Positions 1 to 11,084 of a stretch of DNA of 64,000 bases are shown here, one piece after another; the stretch's first letter is position 1; each line of letters starts with the position of its first letter. The notes under the pieces were generated by a model, which worked only from the letters and a program-made list of their open reading frames with translations, was not told the origin of the DNA and searched no databases. The translations under genes were made by a program, and so were the position numbers. Source of the DNA: an uncultured delta proteobacterium (GTDB lineage: Bacteria > Desulfobacterota > Binatia > UBA9968); NCBI GenBank assembly GCA_963737905.1, contig CAVTUQ010000025.1, positions 1 to 64,000 of the forward strand. Direction: 5' to 3'.

Positions 1-227
1 TACGTATGTGGAAGCCGGTGGCCTAATGTCGTATGCAGCCAACGACGCCGAACATTCCGACGCGCCGCGTATTACGTGGACAGAATCCTAAAAGGCGCAA
101 AGCCTGCCGATTTGCCTGTGGAGCAGCCGACAAAGTTCGAGTTCGTGATCAATCTCAAAACGGCAAAGCAGATCGGTGTTACGATTCCGCAGAATGTGTT
201 GGCGAGAGCGGATAAAGTGATAAGTGA
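1..227 (+). CDS. ABC transporter substrate-binding protein (ABC_sub_bind family), 3' part only
   Basis: C-terminal motif ...[48 protein letters not shown] typical of this family; the gene starts before the window; stop position approximate because of an indel. Confidence 0.85.
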
Positions 228-237
228 TTATAGTCCG

Positions 238-948
238 TTACAACAGGGACAACTGCCCGTTGCTAGACATGTCGTCATCTGAAACAGGTCGAATGCACTC
301 CGGCCCGTCGTACTTCGCCGAGTTGACGATTGGCGAAACGTCGTGGGCATCCATGAACTCTGCGGGAAGGGGTTTCAACAGCGACTGGGCTTTGGCGAAA
401 GACGTTCGAGAAGCGTCGAGCCATTGCTCTTCGTCTTCCGGTCCAGGATCACCGGCATACGGTTATGAATGGGCCGCACCAATTCATTAGGCTCCGTGGT
501 GATGATGGTGAAGGACTCCACCCGCTTTCCATCCGGCTTGCGCCACACATCCCACAATCCCGCGAAGGCAAAAGGCTCCTACTCTTGAGATACACCCACA
601 TCGGGACCTTGCGCCTTCCCTCTTTGCGCCACTCAAAGAAACCGTCAGCGGGAATAATACAGCGGCGTCGATCTACGAGATGCTTGAAGGAAGGTAGTTC
701 CGTCAGCGTTTCGGCTCGGGCGTTTATCATGCGATTGCCGATGGAAGGGTCTGCGGCCCAATCGGAATCAACCCCCATTGCATGAGCCTGCACTCGTTGA
801 CGCCCTTGTGACGGACAATGACGGGAACGTTGGGCGAAGTCTCCGGGGCGAGGTTAAAGCGGGGCGTGTACCTCGGTAGGTCGCGGTCGAGGTTCCAGCG
901 AACCCGAATATCACTAAACTCAAACGTAGCGGTGATCCGGCCACACAT
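238..948 (-). CDS. SOS response-associated peptidase (SRAP/YedK/HMCES family), frameshifted
   Basis: Starts MCGR; contains [37 protein letters not shown] and HNRMPVIL spread over several frames; reconstructed C-terminus ...NGQLSLL*. Confidence 0.9.
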
Positions 949-1002
949 CAGCGGAAGCTATATCGGACGGTCAAGACGGTTGTGACGTCTTTGCCGGAAT
1001 TA

Positions 1003-1040
1003 AAAAAGAAGAGGGGCCGGTTTTCACCTGCCCCTTCTTT
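1003..1040 (-). terminator. Rho-independent terminator immediately distal to the att repeat (probably the displaced tRNA terminator)
   Basis: On the minus strand aagaaggggcagg-tgaaaa-ccggcccctcttc forms a GC-rich hairpin followed by a T-run. Confidence 0.7.
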
Positions 1041-1090
1041 AAATTGGTGGAGCCGATGGGGGTCGAACCCACGACCTCTAGAGTGCGATT
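1041..1090 (-). repeat. att site: 50-bp duplicate of the tRNA-Ala(CGC) 3' end
   Basis: aaattggtggagccgatgggggtcgaacccacgacctctagagtgcgatt is identical to 12572-12621. Confidence 0.95.
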
Positions 1091-1195
1091 ATTGCCCACC
1101 TTTCCAGGGCTTCCTATTCCTGGAAGAAATATCTAGCGTTTTTGACCGCTGAAGGCCAGCAGTTTTTCCGGTTTTAGCAAGTCTTATCCCAGAAG

Positions 1196-1215
1196 ATTCG
1201 GACAAGATTCGGACA
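1196..1215 (+). repeat. Paired direct repeat ATTCGGACA (putative integrase arm-type sites)
   Basis: Copies at 1196-1204 and 1207-1215; the same pair occurs at 12497-12517 and inverted at 9759-9778. Confidence 0.65.
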
Positions 1216-1385
1216 GCCATAAACTCGAACATATCGAGGGGGACAAAGAGAAGCCCGAAGAGAAAACCGAGATTTGATGAAGGTCAGCTTCAAAGAATAT
1301 GCCGAGCGGTCACCTACTGCTTGTGCCTTGAAGACCCATTCAGAGTGTACGATGCTGTCCGACCTATATAGAAGGTTAAGTAAAG

Positions 1386-2958
1386 CTATCGCATTTCACG
1401 TATGATCTTGGCGATGCGCTCGGCCAATGCCCCAATCGTTCGCGATGGATTCACTCCAAGCGCTTCCGGGATGATAGCGCCGTCAGCAACATAGAGATTA
1501 CGGTAGCCGAGAATTTCGCCGCGATGATCCACAACACCATGTGCGACTGACGGCCCCATGTTACATCCGCCCAGCGGATGGGGTGTGATCAAATACTTCA
1601 AGATTGACCACGTTGGTGGAACCGACGGCAACCGCCGGTCGCGGTACTCAATCGTTTGTGCATCGCGATGATAGCATCGATCACCTGCTGTGATTTTTGG
1701 ATATCCCAATCGAGGTTCAGCCGAGCTTCTCCGACGAAGCGACCGCTTCAACCGGAGTGTACCGTCAGCAGCATCGACTCCCTGCGCAAACCACGGCATG
1801 ACTCCCTTAAACGCATCGTGACTCTGGACAAATGCTTGCATCCACTGCAGTAGCAGCTGGCGGTGGCTGGCAGGTGCGGGTCGTGTGACTCCGCGGTCAA
1901 AAAATCAGCGAGAAGCAGCGGAAATCCTCCATCTTGGATCCAGAACCTCGCCTTGGCTACCATCGTGGAAGTCGATCGCGCTCGTGATCGTGGGACCACG
2001 ACTGGGGAAAATGGAGCGCGTTGTATACCAGGCGGGCGTCAGAAATCGCCATTGCTGCTCCAGTGTTGGCCCAAGAATGGGCTGAGATTGGGCAGCGTCT
2101 TCGTCACATCACGGCAATTCAGCAGTAATTCCGTTGATCCAATAGATCCCGCCCCTACGATCACTAACCGCGCAGTGTTCTGGCCAGGTGTACGGCGACC
2201 ACCATCCAATCGGTCGTAGTGAACAGCATAGCCAGATTCCACTCGCTCGATGTTTGTAACCAGGTGTAGTGTTCGCACGTCTGCATGGTATTTTGACTCT
2301 GCCAAGTAGAGATAGTTTAGGTCGAGTGTATTACGCGCGTTGACCTCACACCCGATATCGCAGTTGCCGAGATGCACACACGTTCCCTGCAAGACCCCTT
2401 GTGCGTTTGTTACTGGCTTGGAGCGAGCGGCGCCAGCAGCAAAGTCGTTGTAGGTCCCGACGCGTCAAAAGTGACGGCTAGCTCCAGTTTACGGAAACGA
2501 TCGCCAAAACCCGCCCGATCCGCCGCATCTTTCATCAGCTTCATTCGCTCGGTCCATTGAGTGTCAGGGACTCTCTGCACATTCATAAACTTTGCGACGG
2601 CATCGTAGTACGGTTTCAGCTCCTGATACGTGATTTCAGCTGGCCAGCCGATCTGAAAGGTCTCCGGCCAAGCTTCTACCGAAATATTTGCGTAAATTAA
2701 CGAGCCACCACCAAGACCGGCTCCCTGCGCCACAGTAATGTGTGGAAAAATCCTAAGGTCTATCCAACCGTTGTCTCGCTCAGGCTGTTCGTGACTCCAG
2801 ATCCAGGGATCGCTGGGCTTACGCGGAAAACTTTTCGGGTCCCAGCGACGTCCGCGTTCGAGAACCAATACTCTATAGCCCGCCTCAGCTAAGCGACAGC
2901 TCGTAATAGCGCCACCAAAACCACTACCAATGACGATCGCGTCGAAATCCAAAGCCAT
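1386..2958 (-). CDS. GMC-family oxidoreductase (cholesterol oxidase ChoD-like), frameshifted
   Basis: N-terminal FAD motif DAIVIGSGFGGA...VLERG, GAGLGGGSLIYAN, CVHLGNCDIGC, C-terminal HPLGGC and LYVADGAIIPEALGVNPSRTI. Confidence 0.9.
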
Positions 2959-2969
2959 AGGGATTACCT

Positions 2970-4655
2970 TTATTCGGCAATCGCGGTGGGTTCTAGATGC
3001 GCCAAGATGTAGGGGTAGACGTCACGTGCGGCATCCTACCGAAGATACAATCGATATGACCATAACGAGGAACGACAATACGATTGTAAAGATTCGGTGC
3101 GTTGTACTGGCGTAGCAAATCATAAGTGATAGCTGTGCTTTCGGGGAGCCAACACTTATTGAGGCTCACCATGTATGATCGTAATCGGGATGGCGAGGCG
3201 ATCCAGCGTTGGATACTGCTCTGGATTCACGTAGATAGACATCCCGCTCGTGAGCGTCCACAATTTCGCCAGCACGAATCATGACGCTTAGGTGTTCGAG
3301 ACTTGCAATGCTAGCGATTCCGAACATTTCGTGCAGGTTGTCGTAAGTTGCCTGGTTCAGGTTATCGATCTCGTAGAGCTGACCGTATATGAATGAAATG
3401 CGACGGCTCACCGCGCTCGTGTCACGTGGACCGTCGTGGACGGGATAGAGCTTAAGGAGAAGGTCGCCGAACTTCTGGAGGAATGACGCATCGTTTCGGG
3501 CGTCAGTAGTCATCTCTTTAACGCCGAGCGCGTCTAGGACCTGAGGAACCCGAAAGATGGCCTTCGCCATAGTTAGCACCGGTACCCTTATGTGTGCTGC
3601 GATTTGAGACACCGCTGCTGAACGCACCCCTTTCAGCCCGGCGAGCATAGCCATAAAAAGAGTACTTGCACCGAAGCAGTGGACGACCGCCTGCGTGCTT
3701 TTAGCCCCAGTCACGCTCAGGACCTTAGCAACCGCAGCGGGGTAATCCTTCAATGCGACATCGTCCGCTGTATATGGCCGATACGCATATGGAAGGTCAA
3801 TGCTTGAACGATAGTCCAAGAGCCAAACGTCGTAATTGTGACCGAATAAATACTCAAGAAGGTTTGGTCGGATGGTATCGATTGAGAAAATCAAACTTGA
3901 GACCCCAAGACCATGAACCAACAGCACCGGACCTTTGGTGGCCACCACGATAGCGCGTCAGCTTGATAACGACCCGTCACCTGCGTCAGCGAAATACGTT
4001 TCCGGAGATTCACATCGAGAGATCGTCGAAGTCGAGGCGGCGCTGACGGATCAAGACCCCACTCTTAATAAAAACTCCGCCATACGTTAAGTACAAGCGC
4101 CCAGCGAAAATAGCCGAATGCTCCAATCGCCTTAAGTTTTAGCCGTTCGTCGTCGATACCTGTCACCGTGAAACTCGTCAGCTCGCGGGCGAAATCCTCG
4201 AGGGATAAATGCAAGACCCCCGTTCCGAAGGCGGGTGCGTGAGCACTGGACCATCACGAATAGTAATCGCGAGCGTCGTTGTTTCGGACCAGACGTCTGG
4301 TCCTGCGTCGTCGCGTACGGTTTTAATACCTTCGAAGTAAAATGCTCGGCCTTCAGACGCCCGCATCTCGAATGCGTATCGAAGCTCACGGGTATTGATG
4401 TTATCAGGGTCGTCGACAAACAGATTGAACATCTTCGTGCGATACAGCAAGCGGCCCAGTCGAGAGTGTAGGCGCGATCACCCTTCCTACGATCCGGCCG
4501 GCGTGGTCAGCCGAGGCGAACATCGCGCGAAGGTCTTCAAAAGTGATAGTGAGAACAAACTCTAGAGGCGCTGGCGCCGATGCACCGGATGTAAAGGTCC
4601 CACTCATCCTCTCGGTAAAACTCAACCCAATCCCTGGCGGAAGTGGTTGTGTCAT
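2970..4655 (-). CDS. Alpha/beta hydrolase with the N-terminal domain found in cholesterol-oxidase fusion proteins, frameshifted
   Basis: N-terminal GLSFTERMSG...FNLFVDDP...FYFEGIKTVRD...DVWSETTTL; hydrolase part KGPVLLVHGLGVSS, DVWLLDYRSS, nucleophile elbow VHCFG, C-terminal YGHIDCIFG. Confidence 0.8.
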
Positions 4656-5133
4656 AACATTCGTCTTTTAAGCGGCCTGGCCCGTCGCAGGGTTTCCCTG
4701 AAGTGTTTGAGATTCGTTAGTGAACGATCCGAATAAATCCGATAGAATGTGAGCAAACCGCCAGTCGCAACGTACCGACAGCTTCGATAAACATACCAAC
4801 ATTTAGAAATCCCATGTAGGCTCTGGTGTGGTTTTGAAGATATGATGAGGTCCTGTCGGGCGCACACTGGAACAGGAGCTAATAATAAACTCAGACCGGT
4901 GTCAAGCAGAATTTCTGGCAATCAGCAAAGGCGTAAAGCTGCGAACCGAATATTCCCGGGATGCAGCGAAGCTCGCAACGCGACGCTCCGCTACCCTTAG
5001 ACGCGTTCCGCAGACGCGTTCCGCCAGCGTTCTTCTTCTAAATGTGATCCTTGGCCCGCATAGGGCCTCGCCGCACGCGGCTGGTAGGGACACCAAGCCG
5101 CCAACGAGTTTTGCACCGCCGCGTTGCCTAAGT

Positions 5134-6716
5134 TCACGGTAACTTGCAGTCCTCTTCCTCGGTCCACTTTTTCGTCTTGGAATCGGCGCGCCAGTAACGC
5201 AACTGGGCAGAGGTCTTCTTGCCAACGCTCTTCAGCGTGACAAATGAGTAACAGTCGGGCAGCCTCTCCAGTGTTAAATTTGCAAGGAACGCTGGGTCGT
5301 TACGCTCGTTTGCGGAAATGCTCGCGATGAACTCGGGGCTCGCGATGCGTTGAAACGCACCGGTGTTGACGACGCTCACCTCCCACTCGGGCGTGACTTT
5401 GACGACCCGTGGTTGGTGCGCACTGTGCGTGTGTCCGTAAACAAAGATCGTGAACGAACGGAATGGCTCGCTGAGCGCGCTCTGCGTCTTCAAAAGATAC
5501 GCAATCATGTCCTCATCGTCCCGCTTCAGCAGTTTGCCGGCGAAATAACCCAGACCAGCATTCTTTTCCACTGTCTTCGGGCACCGCTCGATCGGCTTGG
5601 CACCCGCGCTGCCCTGCTGCGCCAGAAACTCGATGCGATCACACAGCGTCCGTATGTCCTCGTCCGTCAGCTGACCGAGCAATGTCGAGAGCTCTCCCTT
5701 CTGATGCGCGTCCGCCAACACCTGCCGCTCGGGCGCTTCGGCGGGAAGGCTGTTGAGCACGAACGTCACGTTATTGTCCTTCCTGATCCGGGCGATGTCC
5801 CATTCGGCGTCTCCCCCTTGTGGCGGTCGGCCCAGCCAATCGAAACGCTGCTCGAGCGAAGAACGGATAAGTAGGAAGTAGGCGAACTGGTCGATACCGA
5901 CCACGACGCCCTTGGCTCGCAAGTTTTTTATCGCATAACCCATACCTTCCGTTTCGCTCGCGAAATTGTCGATTGCCTCGAACTGCTGTTCATAGCGGTT
6001 GTAGAAGGTTTGCACCAGCAGCTCGCCGCCGGGCCGTTCCATCACCTGCTTACCGTCCTTCATAACGAACGGCGTTGGCCAGCCGTCGAAAGAGTTGACT
6101 CTGTCGAATTGATGGCCGTGCTCCGCGAGCACTTTGCCATCGGCTGACTGCCAACGCCCCGTCATGGCCACCGTCACGCGATCTTGGGGCGCGCCGATCG
6201 CCTGCTTCAGCAACGCGGCCACACCGGGGAAAAGCAATGCCGCATCATGATTGCCAGGCACGATCACGACGCGATTCTTGCCGCGCTGCGCAAAGTCACC
6301 GAGCTTGCTCAACGTGTATTTGTGCTGGTTCACTACATTTTTCAACCGATCTAGCGCTTCTTGCTCGGAGCAACCCGTCTTGCTGCCGACGCAATCCTCG
6401 ACCGTGCATGAGACGACGCCGACCACAGTCGAACATTTCATTCGGGTCGACTGCCAAAGTTCCAGCATGTCGCCGACAATCACGAGCTCGGCGTCGTCAT
6501 GAGTAGTCGTCGAGAGGTGATCGAGAAATGCCGCGAAAGCGTCGTGCCAGCGAAAATCCTCGAGCGCGAGGCCAGCTTTTCTGCGGAGTCGCGTCCTACG
6601 CCGAGGTGCAAGTCGCTCACAAAGTAGGTACTTCCGGCCGCGCCGCACACCAGCGGACCGAAGGCAAGCATAAGCGCCACCAGAATGCGGAACACCGGGA
6701 GCATATTCATCATCAT
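5134..6716 (-). CDS. Exported calcineurin-like metallophosphoesterase (5' frameshift)
   Basis: Signal-like N-terminus and FVSDLH in one frame; VGDMLE, PGNHD, EHGHQFD, YGHTH and NTG motifs in the main ORF; GAGGAG RBS at 6721-6726. Confidence 0.85.
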
Positions 6717-6728
6717 CGACCTCCTCAC

Positions 6729-8791
6729 TCACGGGCAGATCGTGGTCGCGCTATTGCCGATGAGCACGTATTTGAGCGCGTTAGCTGCATACGTTTCCTT
6801 GAGCAGCTTCGGCGGCGGTTTTGCCGACGTCGCATTAGGCGCCTGCGCCTCGGACCATTCGCAGTCATTTACCGCGTAGAAGTGGGCGCTGGCGATCGAC
6901 GTAACGCCACGCGACAGCACCCGCCGCAGACACGCGAGATAGGTGCCTGCGATTGCGCCGTTCAAATCAAACGCGGAGACGATGGCTGAATCGACCTTCT
7001 TCGCGTTGAATTGCACGACGAAATCAATCGCACCGGTTCGCCCCGTACCGCAACCATTCAGAATCGCAATCGACGAGGGGCCAAATTCGCGCAGCACGTT
7101 CGGCGATGCAACGTTCGGCCCGCCCTGCCGGAAGTAGAGCAGATTTTCATCGTGATGACTAAGCGTGGTCACGACGGTGGGCTGGGTGGGCTGGGCGGAG
7201 GACCCCGTCCGCAGCCAATCTTTGAACGCCTCGATATCATTGAACTCCACCAAGCGATCCGAGCGTGGCCACGGGGTCTCCAACTGCAGCACCGCTGAGC
7301 GCGCGAGACGGAGCGCGTCCTGGGCCGCGGCCGCATCCGGCATTAGCACGACCCATTGGCGATGCATTGAGCAGGGCGGCCATAGCGCGGCACTTTCATC
7401 GGCTGCTCGATCATGATGTGGTGACCGACGAAGTCGCGCTTGCCATTCGCGTCAGTGAACGTCATGAGCCCGATGGGAACAATCATCGGCCCCTCGTCGG
7501 CTTCGGCAAAATCGAAGTGAACAAACACACTCTTCGGCGCGGCGCCGTCACCCAACTGCCACTTCGAGCTGTCGATCACGAGTTGGCGAAACGCCTCCTT
7601 GGCCTCCTGACCTTCGACCGTATTCGCAAACACAAAGTCGGAAAAGCTATCTCCATTTGCCAGCAACTCGTCGCGCGAATCGAGGTCCTTGTAAGGCTTA
7701 ATGATCGTCTTGCGCAGAACGTTGGAAAAGCCCAGCGCGCTCCGCGTCGTGTTCCAGATCCAGAGGCTGCGCCCGTTCACGCTCGCCCGCGAAACTAGGA
7801 CGCCATGCAGTTGACCCGGCTCGAACTCCGTCAGGAAAAGTGAGATGTCCGCGGGCGGCGCGTCCTGCAACATTGCGTACAACCGTGGAGCGCCAGAGAC
7901 ACGCCCGGTTGGCATCGGGCCCTCGCACTCGCCCAGGCACTGCACGGTGACGATCTGGTCGATCGCCCGGTTGTTCGCGAGCAGCAGCACTGACGCTTTC
8001 GTCCAGCCGCCAACCTTTCCCGTTTGCACCTTGTATGTCACGCGGCCAAAGGCGCGCTCGCTGATCGAATCGGGCGATGGCTGTTTGCCGTCTGTCTGTT
8101 TCCGATCGTCGAGCAGCCGCGGAACGTCGATCACCAATTGCTTCTCGGCGGATTCCCCCGGCTGCAGCGAAAACCAGATCGGGATCCGCAACAAACACGG
8201 TCGTTAGCACGGCCCGGTCCCGAGTACGCAAAGTCTTGCGTACCGCTTCCTGCGCTTCCGCAGATGCAATCGTCACTTGCGCTCCCGCGGATTGCACCGC
8301 CCCCGGCGTCAAAGCGAGATTGAACAGGTACGGCTGATTGGGTTGCAGCCGCTCTGCTAGTTCCGATGTGCCCATTCGCACGATCCAGTTCTGCCACATG
8401 ATGCCGTCGGCTTCGCCGCGCGCGGCGGCGGTCGTCAGCGCAACGCCGGCCGATGCACGTACGCCGCCTGCGGACCAGGATGACGCGACCGTGCTTTGGA
8501 GTTCGACAGCAGCCGGCGATCGGTCCCCAAGGGGACCCGAACTGTATCAGACCCGAGCTGTGTGAAGAACGGCGCTGGGCACGCCTATGACGAGCGCACC
8601 GGAAACGATGATGGCTTGTTTATGATCTCTGACCCAAGCACAGGAAGTTGTTCCTCCAACGGTTAATGGCATTGATGGCATTGATGATGGGCATTGATGG
8701 CATCCGTGATGGTGAGGATGATGAATGCTGCCGTGATTCCAAGGAGAAACAGAGAGCCGATGAGCTTGAGCCACAAAACCAGCAAATCCAT
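6729..8791 (-). CDS. Membrane-anchored protein with a C-terminal CHAT (caspase-like) domain, multiply frameshifted
   Basis: Joined from ORFs 6729-7367, 7343-8194 and 7698-8399 plus a hydrophobic N-terminus (MDLLVLWLKLIGSLFLLGITAAFIIL); His-Cys dyad motifs TLSHH and AILNGCGTG; CHAT-like tail KYVLIGN. Confidence 0.6.
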
Positions 8792-8989
8792 GCGTGTTTT
8801 CCCCCTGTTGGGTACTCGCTCGGTAACCGTTGGCTTTGGGGGTTATCCGGCATTCAGCATGCAACCGGTTTCAATCGCCGCCTGCCGGTTTGGATTGCTG
8901 GATAGCGCGATTCGTCGGGCTGCGCTGACAAGCGGCAACTCTTTTCTCAGCGGCCCAACAGCGAACGTTCTGGACCTCCGCCAGGCGTT

Positions 8990-9122
8990 GAGGCTGTGGT
9001 GAAACTGAAAAAAGAGATGGCGGCGTCCTGTCCTTGCTCGGCGTGTTTAAGCTACTGAACTAAGATCTCTCGTCAGGCGCTTTCCCACTTTCGAAAACTG
9101 CGCTTGCGTTTCACACAGCCTC
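8990..9122. mobile_element. ~133-bp MITE / internally deleted IS with 15-bp terminal inverted repeats (IS1182-like ends)
   Basis: Left end gaggctgtg(g)tgaaac (8990-9005); right end gtttcacacagcctc (9108-9122); no ORF inside. Confidence 0.6.
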
Positions 9123-9846
9123 GGTCAATAGCGGTGTAGAACGACCGCTTCGGGATAGCGCCCTAATCCTGCTTCTGGCCGTATCTTTTAATATTATCCG
9201 CTGCAAGTTGTCTCAGCTATCGCGGTCGGCAGCGCCTACGTCCTCCCGCACGACGTCGCGCGGACTCTCCCCCGCAGCCCCACGAAGCGCGACTGGCGGA
9301 GATGGTTGTCCGGGTCCATTCCGCGAACTCGAACTGGTCGAGCAACTCGGGCCTTAGCAAGCGGCGTTCGGCCATCTTACCTTCGATCGATCCTACAGCC
9401 AGCTCATATAAAAGCCTCGATTCCAATCGGGAGCAGTTGTCTCCTTCAACACTGGCAGGTCGGAGCCAATCCTGAGCATAAATGAATGAGACGAAATTGC
9501 TTTTAACGCACCGATACGGAACCGATTTGAATTGCCGCGCAGCGGGGGCTGGTTCTGTGATTAGCCCGAGTAACCACTGTGAAGCGCGGCCGAGCCCTTG
9601 ATTTCCCGGTTTGCGCGAACAATATCCAGTAAGGTGGTTTCATGTCAACTTTATTGCGGTGCACCGGTCCGTCCCGAAACGGTGCGAAGCGAACGAACAC
9701 TTTATTGTGATATAGTGTTCCGGAGTAAGTCCTGTATTTCTCACTGTTTTTTTGGCGCTGTCCGAAAGATGTCCGAATGTTTTTCGCACTCAACAAACGA
9801 AAATTACTCTGGTAGAATGAACGAAAATCATCCGGATTCAGTAACT

Positions 9847-10349
9847 ATGGCAGGCATACCAGGCAAAGGCGGAGTTAAGGGTAGAAGCGGACCGCCGGGC
9901 AATCAAAATGCATTTAGGCACGGGCTGGCGGCCATCCAGAAGAGTCAGGACGCCGGGCTTTTGCCGCCTCCTGATGAGAGCGTCCGGCGGCAGATACTCG
10001 ATGGCCTCATCTCCGACAAAGGCGGAGAGGATCAGGTAAGCGACTGCCACAAGGGTACTCGCAGAGGTCATTGCCGCCGATGCCACTTGGCTGATGGTTT
10101 TCAATCGCGCTATAGATCGCATTATAGCCAAACAACCAGAAGGCGAGAGAGAATCCACGCGGACTCTCGCAGCTCGATGGCTACAAGCGCGGGCTGGTTA
10201 ACAGCCTTACCGGTAACCTTCAGAAATTCGGCCTGGACCGAGTCCCACAGATGAAAACCCTAGAAGAGCTGCTCCAGGATGATGAAACCAGCGAGAATCC
10301 CACCCAGGATTGTCCAGAAACGATGAACCAAGCCGAGGAGAAGTCCTGA
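9847..10349 (+). CDS. Phage terminase small subunit-like protein, frameshifted
   Basis: MAGIPGKGGVKGRSGPPGNQNAFRHG N-terminus (GNxNAxxHG motif seen in TerS proteins), helical middle region, acidic tail KTLEELLQDDE; about 165 aa after joining frames. Confidence 0.55.
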
Positions 10350-10659
10350 AATGTGCTCTTCGATTTATCGGCCTTGAAAAGAAGAAAGACTGGTAAGACC
10401 ATCGAGTACCGGAGCGTCGGAACGGGAAACCCCCGTCACCCAGCTCCGACGCTCCGGCCCAGGGACAATCACCCGTTCCTTTCCGAATCCCGCCACGCCG
10501 GTAGAACGGCTCTTTGTCCCGCAATGTCTGTAGCACCGGCAGTGGTCCCAATCCCCAGTTCCATCAATCTTCCTGAGTTTTGGTGGTGGGACCACTAATG
10601 GTGATAGAAAGATATGTCAACTTCTCTTGTTCGTCGGCATATTGGCTCGGCCCGTCGTC

Positions 10660-10706
10660 GTAGGCCGCCGAAAGATCCGCACTCCGGACCCGCTGATTAA
10701 GAGTCA
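10660..10706 (-). pseudogene. Degenerate tRNA-Lys(CTT) 3'-half fragment (remnant att site)
   Basis: Minus strand reads tgactcttaatcagcgggtccggagtgcggatctttcggcggcctac: Lys CTT anticodon arm plus decayed T-arm and acceptor strand. Confidence 0.6.
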
Positions 10707-10853
10707 AAGTCAGCGCGGACCAGAACCAAACATTGACAAGAAAACCGAACCATTTCGAAGCTCGCTTGCCCTTTTCTTCGACAATGGAAGGTGTATGTTC
10801 TGCCCAGGTTCAGGCACAAAACAAGCACAGCCTTGCGTGAGGCGTGAGGAAAA

Positions 10854-11009
10854 ATGAATAAGCGGAAGCTCGGTAGCTTCGCTCTAGGCGTGATGCTCAT
10901 CGCTCTTGGCTCCCCAGCCGAGGCGCAGCAGCCGACGAAAGTCCCACGGATTGGATATCTATCAAATACCGACAACAGTGGATTTTTCATCAAGCAGAAA
11001 AGGAATTGA
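10854..11009 (+). pseudogene. Truncated ABC substrate-binding protein (signal peptide and first residues only)
   Basis: MNKRKLGSFALGVMLIALGSPAEAQQPTKVPRIGYL followed by unrelated sequence and a stop after 51 codons. Confidence 0.7.
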
Positions 11010-11084
11010 CAACTCTGCCGGGGCTGCGATATGGCTCCGGCCATAGAAAAGGTCGTTTAAAAATCGTATCCATATAATATCGCT

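Noticed and set aside
1277-1312. MKVSFKEYAER, resembling an integrase N-terminal helix just inside the distal att
   Set aside because: Only about 11 residues with no extension; it cannot be distinguished from chance.
4999-5024. 13-bp tandem duplication agacgcgttccgc
   Set aside because: Only two copies in non-coding DNA with no associated structure; possibly slippage or an assembly artefact.
4900-5134. Possible integron attC sites around the island cargo genes
   Set aside because: I could not find a convincing RYYYAAC...GTTRRRY pair with an internal palindrome, and there is no integron integrase.
8664-8703. 9-nt repeat (gccatcaat)n giving a His/Cys-rich reading (HHPHHHGCHQC)
   Set aside because: The His-rich peptide is an alternative frame; the likely coding frame reads INA-INA within the CHAT protein N-terminus.
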